From the NCBI GenBank assembly GCA_963674755.2, contig CAXXVS010000001.1, positions 448,001 through 512,000 on the forward strand: DNA of 64,000 bases, read 5' to 3'. Position numbers and translations under genes: made by a program. Positions 1-8,799 of the stretch are shown in pieces (the first letter of the stretch is position 1; every line of letters begins with the position of its first letter). This DNA comes from Desulfobacterales bacterium. GTDB taxonomy: Bacteria > Desulfobacterota > Desulfobacteria > Desulfobacterales > UBA5852. A model generated the notes under the pieces. The model was not told where the DNA came from. It saw only the letters and a program-made list of their open reading frames with translations, and did no database searches.

Positions 1-672
1 TCCCTTCTGGGCTACGATGTCGCCGTTGCCAAGGACGGTGTTGCGGCCTTGCAGCAGTGGAAGGCCTGGCGGCCGGATCTGATCGTGCTGGACATCATGC
101 TGCCGGGCATCGATGGCTTTTCCGTTTTGCAAAACATCCGCCTGGAAGATGAGAAACTGCCCATCCTCATCCTTTCCGCCAAGGCCACGTCCGATGACCG
201 CATCCGGGGGTTGACCCACGGGGTCGACGATTATCTGACCAAACCGTTCAATCTGGAGGAGTTCCAGCTGCGCGTGGAACGCCTGATCAAGCGGGCGCGT
301 TGGAGCCGGGAAAATGACACCGGATTTGAGAATCAACAAGTTGCCGACGCCGTGTTCGTCTTTGGCCACAACACGGTCGAACTCGAAACGGGCGAGGCCC
401 ATTGCCGGGGCGGTGTCGTGCGGTTGACGGAACAGGAGCTCAAGTTGCTCAAACTGTTTATCAAACATCGCGGACGGCCCCTGTCACGGACCAAGATCCT
501 GGAGATCGGGTGGGGGTACACCGGCGAGATGACGACCCGCACGGTCGACAATTTCATCGTGCGGTTCCGCAAGTACTTCGAAGCCGACCCCAAGAAGCCG
601 GTATTCTTCAAAAGTGTGCGGTCGGTGGGGTATTTATTCGACGACGGCCGTAAGGAAGCGCATGAAATCTGA
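1..672 (+). CDS. OmpR/PhoB-family response regulator (5' truncated by window edge)
   Basis: Frame open from base 1; receiver LIVLDIMLPG...YLTKPF plus winged-helix TRTVDNFIVRFRK...SVRSVGYLF. Confidence 0.92.
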   Translation, partial: SLLGYDVAVAKDGVAALQQWKAWRPDLIVLDIMLPGIDGFSVLQNIRLEDEKLPILILSAKATSDDRIRGLTHGVDDYLTKPFNLEEFQLRVERLIKRARWSRENDTGFENQQVADAVFVFGHNTVELETGEAHCRGGVVRLTEQELKLLKLFIKHRGRPLSRTKILEIGWGYTGEMTTRTVDNFIVRFRKYFEADPKKPVFFKSVRSVGYLFDDGRKEAHEI

Positions 673-704
673 TTCGGAAACAGCCGGCAACGGATGAACA
701 CGAA

Positions 705-1616
705 CTAAATGTAGATTCCCGCCAGATAAATCTCCTCCGGTGCCATCGGCGCCGGACCGCTGTCGCAGATCAAATAGGGATTGATGCGTTCATTCCAGGC
801 GATGAAGTCGACCATCTGATTGCTCAGGTGGGCATTCGACAAACCGGTCGGGGTCATGCCGTCGTACGCACTAATTTCCCAGTTTTCGAAGTCGGCGAAT
901 GCGGGATAGGTCAGATAGCGCAGGGCCGGGGACTGACTCAAGGCGGCGGTCAGCAGGGGCTCGCGCCAGGCGTCCTTGCGGGAAAGAATCAGGGTGGGAA
1001 TGGTGATTTTCTGGAGCGGCAGGCCCATCAACCCCCGGGGGCACAATTCTAAAAGAAGTTCCTGTTCGGGGCAGCGGGTGATGCCGTCGGCGATGACAAG
1101 GCCGGTGACCTTCTCTTGGAGGTCGACGGCCGCGGTGACGGCCGAAAAGGCGCCCATACGGATGCCGACCAGCCAGATGGGCCGCGGATCTTCGCGGGTA
1201 AGATAGTCAACCGCGGCGCGGATATCGCGGGCATGCTCGCGGCTCAGCCGGAAGATAGCAGGGCCGTGCCATCCGTTGACACCCAAAATGGAGTGGTGAT
1301 CCGGCGGTGCATCCATCAAAACGACCGTCATCTGCCGTTCCAGCAGGTGACCCATCAACTCCCAGGGCACATCGGCCGTGCGGCCCATCTGGGGCGCGCT
1401 GAAGATAGGGGTGATGTCCAGCCGGCCGTTGCCGTCCGGAAAGAGAATAACCGTGGCCAGCGGTTGGATCGGACGGTAGACGATCATGCGCGTTTGGATG
1501 CCTGGGCGGGATTCGATCTGAACCAGATGCTGGGGGATGTCGAATGGTGCTTCCGCCAAGGCGGCGGCGCTTCCGATTAACAATACGATAGCTGCAACGA
1601 TCGCGACGATCCGCAT
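705..1616 (-). CDS. exported alpha/beta-hydrolase-fold protein, nucleophile motif degenerate
   Basis: GGAGG RBS before ATG 1616; signal peptide MRIVAIVAAIVLLIGSAAALA; PIWLVGIRMGA at the usual GxSxG position; ITIPTLIL. Confidence 0.65.
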   Translation of the reverse strand: MRIVAIVAAIVLLIGSAAALAEAPFDIPQHLVQIESRPGIQTRMIVYRPIQPLATVILFPDGNGRLDITPIFSAPQMGRTADVPWELMGHLLERQMTVVLMDAPPDHHSILGVNGWHGPAIFRLSREHARDIRAAVDYLTREDPRPIWLVGIRMGAFSAVTAAVDLQEKVTGLVIADGITRCPEQELLLELCPRGLMGLPLQKITIPTLILSRKDAWREPLLTAALSQSPALRYLTYPAFADFENWEISAYDGMTPTGLSNAHLSNQMVDFIAWNERINPYLICDSGPAPMAPEEIYLAGIYI

Positions 1617-1779
1617 GGTATGGCCCTCCCAAGGTTGATGGTTGTCAGCCATCCACCCTTATGGCAGGCCGCTACCGGGCGGCCCACCGTCATGGGTGGT
1701 GTAGTGCAGCCAGCGTTTTCACGTCTGTGTGGGCGTCCTCCTGTTGCTCGATGAATAATATAAAAAATGAATGTTATTT

Positions 1780-1808
1780 ATTTTATAAGGATGTAAAAGC
1801 TATGTCAA
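1780..1808 (-). promoter_or_regulatory. sigma70 promoter TTGACA-N17-TAAAAT
   Basis: Minus strand ttgaca tagcttttacatcctta taaaat upstream of the 1616 gene. Confidence 0.7.
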
Positions 1809-1915
1809 GACCTTATTGCAGCGTCTGATTCCGAATTATAGGCGCCAATGGTGGCCGAACCTCGGCGGATGTCACCGGCCGTCAAGGGCCGGCCACGGGC
1901 GCTCGGTCAGGGGGG

Positions 1916-2137
1916 TCAACCGATGGGGGACGGTTTGCAGAGATGTTCGCTTTCCATGGCAAGTCGGCCGCAGCCATCGCAGACGAATCGCATGGCGGTC
2001 AGCTTGCCCTTGCACATGTGGGCCTGGCTGACTTGCGGCGCTCCACAAAAGGAGCAATTCTGGCGATCGCCGCAGGGGTTGCAGAGGTGTCCGGGATCTT
2101 TGGCTACCGCACCACACTGTTTACACGTATAGGCCAT
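1916..2137 (-). CDS. 73-aa Cys/His-rich protein with three CxxC-x8-HxC repeats
   Basis: AGGAGG RBS; CKQC..HLC, CSFC..HMC, CDGC..HLC. Confidence 0.8.
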   Translation of the reverse strand: MAYTCKQCGAVAKDPGHLCNPCGDRQNCSFCGAPQVSQAHMCKGKLTAMRFVCDGCGRLAMESEHLCKPSPIG

Positions 2138-2298
2138 CGTGCGCCTCCTTTCCCTATATACAGGATATTATGGGTTGCGCGTTGTCCGCAAACAGCTGCC
2201 CGCTGTTTGCGGTCTTCACCCGAACTAGGTAAGGCCCCTCGAAGGTTTGTCAATTTAGCGCCGCAGGTCCGCTTAGCGTGGCGGTGGCGCTGTCGGGT

Positions 2299-3388
2299 TT
2301 AACCGGCTTTCCGAAAGCGGGGCGGCGTTTCGGGTTGCAGGCCGTGGAAGCGGCCGAATTGACGATAGCCTTCAGACCCCATCACCCGCTTGATCATCGG
2401 CGCGGCGCTGCGGGTCAGATCCAGGAAAACCAGACCGTCCACGACATCGGCAAAAGACGGATCGAGGTTGAAGCACAACAGGGTTGCGCCCAGCTTGAGA
2501 TACTGTCGCAAAAGCACCGGAAGTCCTTTGCCGTCCTCTTCCAGCTCGGCATGTTCGTCGTTCCAAAGGAAGAGGTGCCGGTAATGGGCGTCGAAGCGAT
2601 CGAGGTCGATGGGCCGCCCCGTGCCTTCGCCCACTTCACGAAAGGTGATTTCGCGCAGCCGGCCGATTTCCCGCACGAGGAGCGGTGCCTGGCCGGCATC
2701 GACGTAGTAGACGCAAAAGCGCCCTTGCTGCGTCAATTGTTGGTTGCGGGGCAGGGATTGGATTTCTTCCTGCAAACGTCATTGGAAATGGGGCGAATGA
2801 TTGGATGGGAAGACAAGGTATGGTTTTTCCCATAGGCGACGACCTCCGCAGGGAGTCCCGACGAACTTAGGCGATGGGAGAGGAAGCAGGTTTGCCGCCG
2901 GAGGTGGTCCGTCAGGTCGGCATCGGAACCGATGGCGGCCAAGCGCGACCAGGGACGGGCCTGGCCGACGACGGCGCGGAAGGCGCAGCCGCGGCAGCGG
3001 TTGACCTCCCCGGCCGGAAAATCCCTATGCAGCCACCGGAAAGCAGCCACTCAACGGCCTGATGAAGGGCGCGTCCGTTGAAGCGTGTCGCGCTGCGCCT
3101 CTTGAGGACGTCCAGCGGAATGATGGCCTCACCGACCGCCGTGATGCCAGCGAAATATTGATTGGCCAGCAGCCGGAAGTCGGGTCTGGCCCGGGCGATA
3201 ATGGCCCCCAGCATGAGACCGTCCAGCCCCCGTCCCTGGCGGCAGGTGCGGCAGCGCCTTAGGCGGCTTGCAAGGCCCTGCCGCCGGGCAGCCAGTTGAG
3301 GAAACGCCTACCCGGGAGCAGCTCCAGGGAACGATCTGCGATGCGGCCTGGCGGGACCTCCCCCCCCGGAATCACGGGGCGGACATAG
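2299..3388 (-). pseudogene. decayed lysophospholipid acyltransferase-GNAT (PlsC + Acetyltransf_5) fusion gene
   Basis: Fragments in several frames: GLDGLMLGAIIARARPDFRLLAN (acyltransferase), EIGRLREITFREVGEGTG..DLDRFD..HLFLWN joined directly to GKGLPVLLRQYLKLG (GNAT with internal deletion); 5' limit approximate. Confidence 0.75.
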
Positions 3389-3577
3389 CGATTGATTAAT
3401 CCGCAGCATTTCGATACAGATGACACTGTCAGTATAGGGGATACCTTCTATGCAGCGGATGAGACCACGGTGGCATTAGGGGACTGTTAAACGTCTGTGA
3501 ATTTGTCGTTACGAATGCGCCGTATCGTTATGGTAGCGGGGAAGTCCCATCATGGGGGATAGGGGTAGGAAAGCGCA

Positions 3578-3913
3578 ATGAAAATGGAGATAAACGAAGC
3601 AAACGGTATGGTCAGCTTTATTTTTCAGGGGAGGCTGGATGCGGTGACTTCCGAAGGGGTCGAAGCGGATATCATGCAAGCCATCACCGAAGGCGGACGC
3701 TACCTCTACAATTTGGCATCCCTTGAGTATATCAGCAGTGCCGGTTTGCGGGTTTTATTGGCCACGTCCAAGGAAATTCAGCGCAAGCAAGGTCGGTTCG
3801 TCATGTGCGCCCCCAACCCCAATGTGCGCAATATCCTCGACATCAGCGGGTTTGCGTCGATTTTTCACATGGCGGATACCGTGGAAGAGGGGCAGCGCGT
3901 GCTGGCGGCCTAA
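3578..3913 (+). CDS. STAS-domain anti-sigma factor antagonist (RsbV/SpoIIAA-like)
   Basis: GRLDAVTS, LEYISSAGLRVLL with phosphorylatable Ser, ILDISGF. Confidence 0.9.
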   Translation: MKMEINEANGMVSFIFQGRLDAVTSEGVEADIMQAITEGGRYLYNLASLEYISSAGLRVLLATSKEIQRKQGRFVMCAPNPNVRNILDISGFASIFHMADTVEEGQRVLAA

Positions 3914-3934
3914 CCTCTTCCTCCGGCGGACTTC

Positions 3935-4792
3935 CTATTCGCTGACCTGCCGTGCGCGGAATTGCAGGTAGGCATTGCGCATGGCGGTGTAAGGATCCAG
4001 CGACATCTCCTTGAATTTTTTGTATTCGTCGGCATAGGGGGCGTATTGCGCGAATTCGCGGAAGCTTACGATGCCCAAATACTCCCAATACTTGATATCG
4101 AGGTAGTAAAAGGGGTCCAGGAAACCGTTCGCGACCCGGCCCACGGTGTCCCGGGCGGTTGATGGCCCCAGCAGGGGCAGCATGAGGTAGAACCCCTGCC
4201 CGATGCCCCAGGCACCGAACACCTGGCCCATGTCTTCATCGGCAACCTGCCAGCCGGTCCAGTCATCCTCCTTGGCCAAATCGGCAAAGCCCAGGATGCC
4301 GAAGCTCGTGTTGATAAGAAACCGTCCGGTTTCCGTGCCGGCTTCCTTCCACTTGGCCTGCAGCAGGCAACTCACCAGCCGGACCGGGGTGTACCAGTTG
4401 GAGAAGAAATTGGTGATCCCGGTGCGCACGGGCTGCGGCACGAATCGGTTATAGCCCCGGGCGGCCGGAATACCGATATTCAGATAGACGAAATCGTTGA
4501 AGTGCCAGACGCCCTTGTTGTAATAATAGAGCGGATCGGCGATGGTGAGATCCTCCTCCTCGTCGTCCTCAAAGAGGGCATCCTCATCTTCCCATAAATC
4601 ATCTTCGTTTTGTGTTTTTTTCTTAGCCGCATCCTTGATAAGACCCTTCTGTTGGGCCACGTAGATCACCGTATCATTCGGGGGAGCAATCTTATATGCT
4701 GGCAAGGGCGCGATCGGCGCGCTCCAGGCCGGCGCCCCCAGCGCGGCGATAACGATTGCTGCGGTGATGATGTGCGTGCGCGTTACTGACAT
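3935..4792 (-). CDS. mlaA: MlaA/VacJ family protein
   Basis: DPLYYYNK, RFLINTSFGILG, EDMGQVFGAWGIGQGFYLMLPLLGPSTARD, DPYTAMRNAYLQ. Confidence 0.88.
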   Translation of the reverse strand: MSVTRTHIITAAIVIAALGAPAWSAPIAPLPAYKIAPPNDTVIYVAQQKGLIKDAAKKKTQNEDDLWEDEDALFEDDEEEDLTIADPLYYYNKGVWHFNDFVYLNIGIPAARGYNRFVPQPVRTGITNFFSNWYTPVRLVSCLLQAKWKEAGTETGRFLINTSFGILGFADLAKEDDWTGWQVADEDMGQVFGAWGIGQGFYLMLPLLGPSTARDTVGRVANGFLDPFYYLDIKYWEYLGIVSFREFAQYAPYADEYKKFKEMSLDPYTAMRNAYLQFRARQVSE

Positions 4793-4890
4793 GGAATGCT
4801 CCTGTTTGGCATGGCGGGTCGCCGCTTCCGTCCGGGCCCGTCGCCCTGTTCATCCGGGATCGACCGGCGCGGGTTGTCTGTCGATTCACC

Positions 4891-5346
4891 TTACTTGCCT
4901 TCAACATTGCCAAAGGCGTATTTGCTGATCAGGTCCATGATATCCACCGGCGATTCGGTTTCCGTGATGGTCTCGCCATTGCCGAGCAGCGCGCCGCCAC
5001 CGCCGGGATCGATCGAGACATATTTATCGCCGATCAGCCCGGCGGTTTTGATGGAGGCAATGGCATCGTCATACACCTTGATCCCCTTTTGAATTTTAAG
5101 CTCGGCGATGGCCTGCTGCTTGGCCTGGTCCATTTTGAAGGCCGTCACGCGTCCGATTTCCATTCCCAGCATTTCAACGGAATTGTCGACATGCAGGCCG
5201 TTCACAGAATTGAAAGGCGCATACAAGGTGTAGGTATTGTCGCCCAACAAGGAGACATTGCCCAGGCGGACCGCCATGAAAGCGATGGCGGCCAGCCCCA
5301 GCACCACAAAGATGCCGACGATGGTTTCGTTGGAGTATTTTTTCAT
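4891..5346 (-). CDS. mlaD: MlaD (MCE-domain) lipid asymmetry protein
   Basis: Start MKKYSNETIVGIFV; FNSVNGL..VEMLGMEIGRV; ASIKTAGLIGDKYVSIDPG. Confidence 0.9.
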   Translation of the reverse strand: MKKYSNETIVGIFVVLGLAAIAFMAVRLGNVSLLGDNTYTLYAPFNSVNGLHVDNSVEMLGMEIGRVTAFKMDQAKQQAIAELKIQKGIKVYDDAIASIKTAGLIGDKYVSIDPGGGGALLGNGETITETESPVDIMDLISKYAFGNVEGK

Positions 5347-5410
5347 TCGGTGCCCTTTCCGGCCTTCCGGCACTGCGACGGCTCCCGGTATCCCGAGGGT
5401 GCCGCCGATG

Positions 5411-6265
5411 TCAAAGCAAAAAAGAGGTAACGATATAATCGGCCACCAGGATGCAGACACAGCATAGCACCACGGCCGAGGTGGTTGCACGGCTGACGCT
5501 GCGGGCGCCGTGGCTGTCCTGGCGCATGTGGGTGAAATAGCCCTGATAGCAGCAGATGGTGGAAACGATGACGGCAAAGACAAAGGCCTTGATGAAACCG
5601 CCGTTGATGTCCGCCATTTCAACGCTGTTGTGAATCCGGTAGAAATAGGCGCCCTCGTTGGATCCCATCAGCACAACCCCGCTGATGTAGCCCCCCAGGA
5701 TGCCGATCAAGTCGAAGAAAGCCGTCAGGATCGGAAAGCTGACGATGGCGGCCGCCACCTTGGGGCTGACGAGATAGCCGATGGGATCGATGCGCATGGT
5801 GAACAGCGCATCGATTTGTTCCGAATTGCGCTGGATGCCGATTTCGGCCGTCATGGAGGAACCGGCCCGGGCCGTGATCATGATGGCGGTGAGCACCGGA
5901 CCCAATTCGCGGATGATCGACAGCGCCACCGCCGAGCCCAGTTCGCCGACCGAGCCGTATTTGACCAGGACGTAATAGAGCTGGAGGCCCATGACCATAC
6001 CGGTGAACAGCCCCACCAGGGCGACGATATTAACGGTGCGGGCCCCGATGGTGTTGATCTGCTGCACAATGGCCCGGGGTTGTTTGCGATGGAAAATAAG
6101 AAGGAGGGCCTTGCTCAGGAAAATGGTCGCAGCCCCCAGATTGCTCACCACCCGCATGACCCGTCGGCCCACAGGCTCGAAAAGGCGGGTCAGGAGCGGA
6201 GGCCTTAGGGGCTCGGCCGTGGGGCCGTGGGCGGGGGCGGGATCGTTTGTAAGGGAAGGCGCCAT
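5411..6265 (-). CDS. mlaE: MlaE ABC permease
   Basis: RELGPVLTAIMITARAGSSMTAEIG..EQIDAL..PIGYLVSPK. Confidence 0.92.
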   Translation of the reverse strand: MAPSLTNDPAPAHGPTAEPLRPPLLTRLFEPVGRRVMRVVSNLGAATIFLSKALLLIFHRKQPRAIVQQINTIGARTVNIVALVGLFTGMVMGLQLYYVLVKYGSVGELGSAVALSIIRELGPVLTAIMITARAGSSMTAEIGIQRNSEQIDALFTMRIDPIGYLVSPKVAAAIVSFPILTAFFDLIGILGGYISGVVLMGSNEGAYFYRIHNSVEMADINGGFIKAFVFAVIVSTICCYQGYFTHMRQDSHGARSVSRATTSAVVLCCVCILVADYIVTSFLL

Positions 6266-6267
6266 GG

Positions 6268-6762
6268 TCAGGTTCCTTGCGGTGTTTGGCCGTTATCGGC
6301 GTCGCCCGGTTCCGGTCCGGCCGCCTGAGGCGAGGAGGCCGGCTCGCTTTGGCGCTGGAACCACAGACGCAGAATGTTCCAGTCATCCTGGCGCTGGTAT
6401 TCCATCATGTCGCGCATTTGGCGGACGAAATTGATACCGAGTCCTCCCAAGGTGTTCTCCATCTGCGTGTTCTGGGGGGGCGGTTTTTGGACGGCCAGGG
6501 GGTTGAAAGGACGGCCGTTGTCGCGAAACTTCATGGCGATCATATCGTCATCGACCGCGACGTCGAAGTGAATTTCGTGCGGCTGGTCGTCTTCATAGGC
6601 ATAGGCCACGATATTGACGAAGACCTCTTCCAGACTGAGCTCGAGAGCATACAGGGTTCGGGAGGGCAGCGGGTAGGGCCGTAGGAAGATTTGCAGCATT
6701 TGGGTCAGCACGCTCAGTTCCTCGCGTTTATTTTCCAGCACCACGGCCATTTTGCGGGTCAT
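6268..6762 (-). CDS. RsbW/SpoIIAB-like anti-sigma factor Ser kinase (HATPase_c_2)
   Basis: LSLEEVFVNIVAYAY, RDNGRPFNPL, GGLGINFVRQMRD; start MTRKMAVV at 6762. Confidence 0.85.
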   Translation of the reverse strand: MTRKMAVVLENKREELSVLTQMLQIFLRPYPLPSRTLYALELSLEEVFVNIVAYAYEDDQPHEIHFDVAVDDDMIAMKFRDNGRPFNPLAVQKPPPQNTQMENTLGGLGINFVRQMRDMMEYQRQDDWNILRLWFQRQSEPASSPQAAGPEPGDADNGQTPQGT

Positions 6763-6830
6763 GCCAACCTCGTTGGTTTGAAAATAGATTTTCCCCGGCG
6801 GAGGGTGTCTCCCGAAGCCGCCGGGTGCCA

Positions 6831-8042
6831 TTACCTGATTTTAAACTCTAAAAAAGTGGATTCCCGTGATTCGGCATCCGCCACGACCTCATCAAACGAG
6901 GCCCCTAAAGGGGCTTCGGAAAATCCGGCACTCACGTTGAGCGCCTGATTTTCTGTCATGGCGCCGTTGATGATGCGGTCGGCCTTGAGTTCTTTGGCCA
7001 ATCGGAAGCAGAACTGGCGGGCATCGTTCGCGCCCGCATCCTGTCGTACGATCATAAGCTGTTTCAACCCGCGGCGCGAACAGGAATCGACTTTACGAAT
7101 GTGATGCTGCACTTCCGAAGAAAAGTTCCGGAGGATCTTTTGGCCCGTGACGTGTCCGGCGCGGGCGTTGATCTCGTCCATGCTTTCCAGGGTCAGGACG
7201 ATCACGGAAAAGACCGACCGGTTTTCCGTGAGGCCGGCCATGGCCTCCATGTACTTCTGTTTGCCCTGGGTCATGGTCCCCATGCCGGTCAGCTCGTCCA
7301 GGGGATGCTGGAGTCCGGTAATGAATTCGTGGACGACCGGGTTGTCGACGTTCTGGAGATCCTCCGGGGGGCCTTCGAAGATGATTTTACCTTCGTCCAG
7401 CATGACCAGTTTCTGGGTGATCAGAAAAACGTCCGGAATTTCGTGGCTGATCAGCATGACCGTGAAGCCATACTTGCTCTGGTATTCGGAGATCATGCTG
7501 TGAACGGCATTTTTGCGGATGGGATCCAGACCGGTGGTCGGCTCGTCGAAGAGGATGATCTCCGGGTCGGTGACCAGGGCCCGGGCCATGGCGACCCGCT
7601 TTTGCATGCCCCCCGAAAGTTCCGAAGGGTATTTGGTATCGATACCCTCGAGGTCCAGCTGGGCGAGACGGGTGTGCACCCGGGTGCGGATGTCACGACG
7701 GGGCAGATCGGTGCCCTGATCCAAGGGCAGGGCAATATTCTCATAAACTGTCATGGAGTCGAAAAGGGCCATGTTCTGGAACATATAGCTGAACTTGCCG
7801 CGCCATGCCCAAAGCGTGGCCCGTGTCATGGCCGACATGGGTTGCCCGTCACAGAGAATGTCTCCGGCATCCGGTTTGAGCAGACCGATCACATGTTTGA
7901 AGAGAACGCTTTTGCCCGTGCCGCTTTTGCCGATGATCGTGGTGATTTGCCCCCTGGGGATCGTAAGGCTGGTGCCCTGCAGGACCGGCGTGGAACCCAG
8001 CGTTTTGTATACATTGCGGAACTCGATAAGGGGCTGCGTCAT
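6831..8042 (-). CDS. mlaF: MlaF-type ABC ATPase with C-terminal degenerate GGDEF domain
   Basis: Walker [34 protein letters not shown]-terminal [34 protein letters not shown]. Confidence 0.85.
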   Translation of the reverse strand: MTQPLIEFRNVYKTLGSTPVLQGTSLTIPRGQITTIIGKSGTGKSVLFKHVIGLLKPDAGDILCDGQPMSAMTRATLWAWRGKFSYMFQNMALFDSMTVYENIALPLDQGTDLPRRDIRTRVHTRLAQLDLEGIDTKYPSELSGGMQKRVAMARALVTDPEIILFDEPTTGLDPIRKNAVHSMISEYQSKYGFTVMLISHEIPDVFLITQKLVMLDEGKIIFEGPPEDLQNVDNPVVHEFITGLQHPLDELTGMGTMTQGKQKYMEAMAGLTENRSVFSVIVLTLESMDEINARAGHVTGQKILRNFSSEVQHHIRKVDSCSRRGLKQLMIVRQDAGANDARQFCFRLAKELKADRIINGAMTENQALNVSAGFSEAPLGASFDEVVADAESRESTFLEFKIR

Positions 8043-8198
8043 GATGTTATCCCGGGATAGCGGCAATGAAGGCACATGTTGACCGTGTCACATCGATACG
8101 GCCTTGCGACCGGGAAGGCTTTCGATCCGGTGCAATGCGTGGGTCCCCGTTTGGGGGCCGCCCTAACCTATGAACTTGTCAGAGAATCCGATTCTTGT

Positions 8199-8227
8199 AA
8201 TATGACGATAATCGGAAAAAGGGTCAA
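8199..8227 (-). promoter_or_regulatory. candidate sigma70 promoter of the mla operon (TTGACC-N17-CATATT)
   Basis: Minus strand ttgacc ctttttccgattatcgt catatt. Confidence 0.45.
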
Positions 8228-8440
8228 GGGCTAAGGTGGCTCCTTCCGTTTGGCCTTGGGCCTAAATCCGGCAGGTTACCCATGCCCGGGCGGATGATCC
8301 AACTTCCAGCTAACGATTGTGAGTATAGTGTCTTGTCAACTTTCAAGCGTCGGATGGCGGTTCCGAAGTTGTGTTCGTGCACGTTGAGATTCGAACCGCC
8401 AGCTCGCTGGTTTTACGACATCCAAGGCGTGACCTGACAC

Positions 8441-8688
8441 TAGTGCCCACCCAGAGGTGGTGGATTTTGGTCTCTGGTCCCGCCCCACAGCACGGGATTT
8501 CACATCTGATCCTTGGTCACATCGGTGTTCAACAAACCGCAGCCGGTTGGCGTCCCGCTGAGCGGGACTTCCCATCTGATGGATTCTTCAACGGTGGGTG
8601 CCCACAGGCGCAGCCCGGCTACGCCGGGGACCGACAGGCGGCGAGAACGCCGCCAGAGGGCAAAAGATGCCATCTCCGGATGGGCATG
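8441..8688. repeat. palindromic MITE/REP-like element, long copy
   Basis: Imperfect terminal inverted repeats TAGTGCCCACCCAGAGGTGG / CCATCTCCGGATGGGCA; internal CAGGCGCAGC..GCTACG..GCGAGAACGCC matches the 21829 copy. Confidence 0.7.
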
Positions 8689-8799
8689 AGCCTGAGAAAC
8701 CGATGCCGGTTTGACGCGGTCGTCCCATGGACGTTATAACACCACGTCGTTCCCGAGGGCGTCGCGCCTGCAACCCGACATCAAGGAGGCCCGCATCCC

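Noticed and set aside
1916..2137. Small multihaem cytochrome
   Set aside because: Motifs are CxxCG, not CxxCH, and there is no signal peptide
8340..8720. Riboswitch or housekeeping ncRNA upstream of the OYE gene
   Set aside because: No recognisable tmRNA, RNase P or c-di-GMP riboswitch consensus; most hairpins belong to the repeat family and lie upstream of the likely promoter (TTGACG-N18-TATAAC at 8711)
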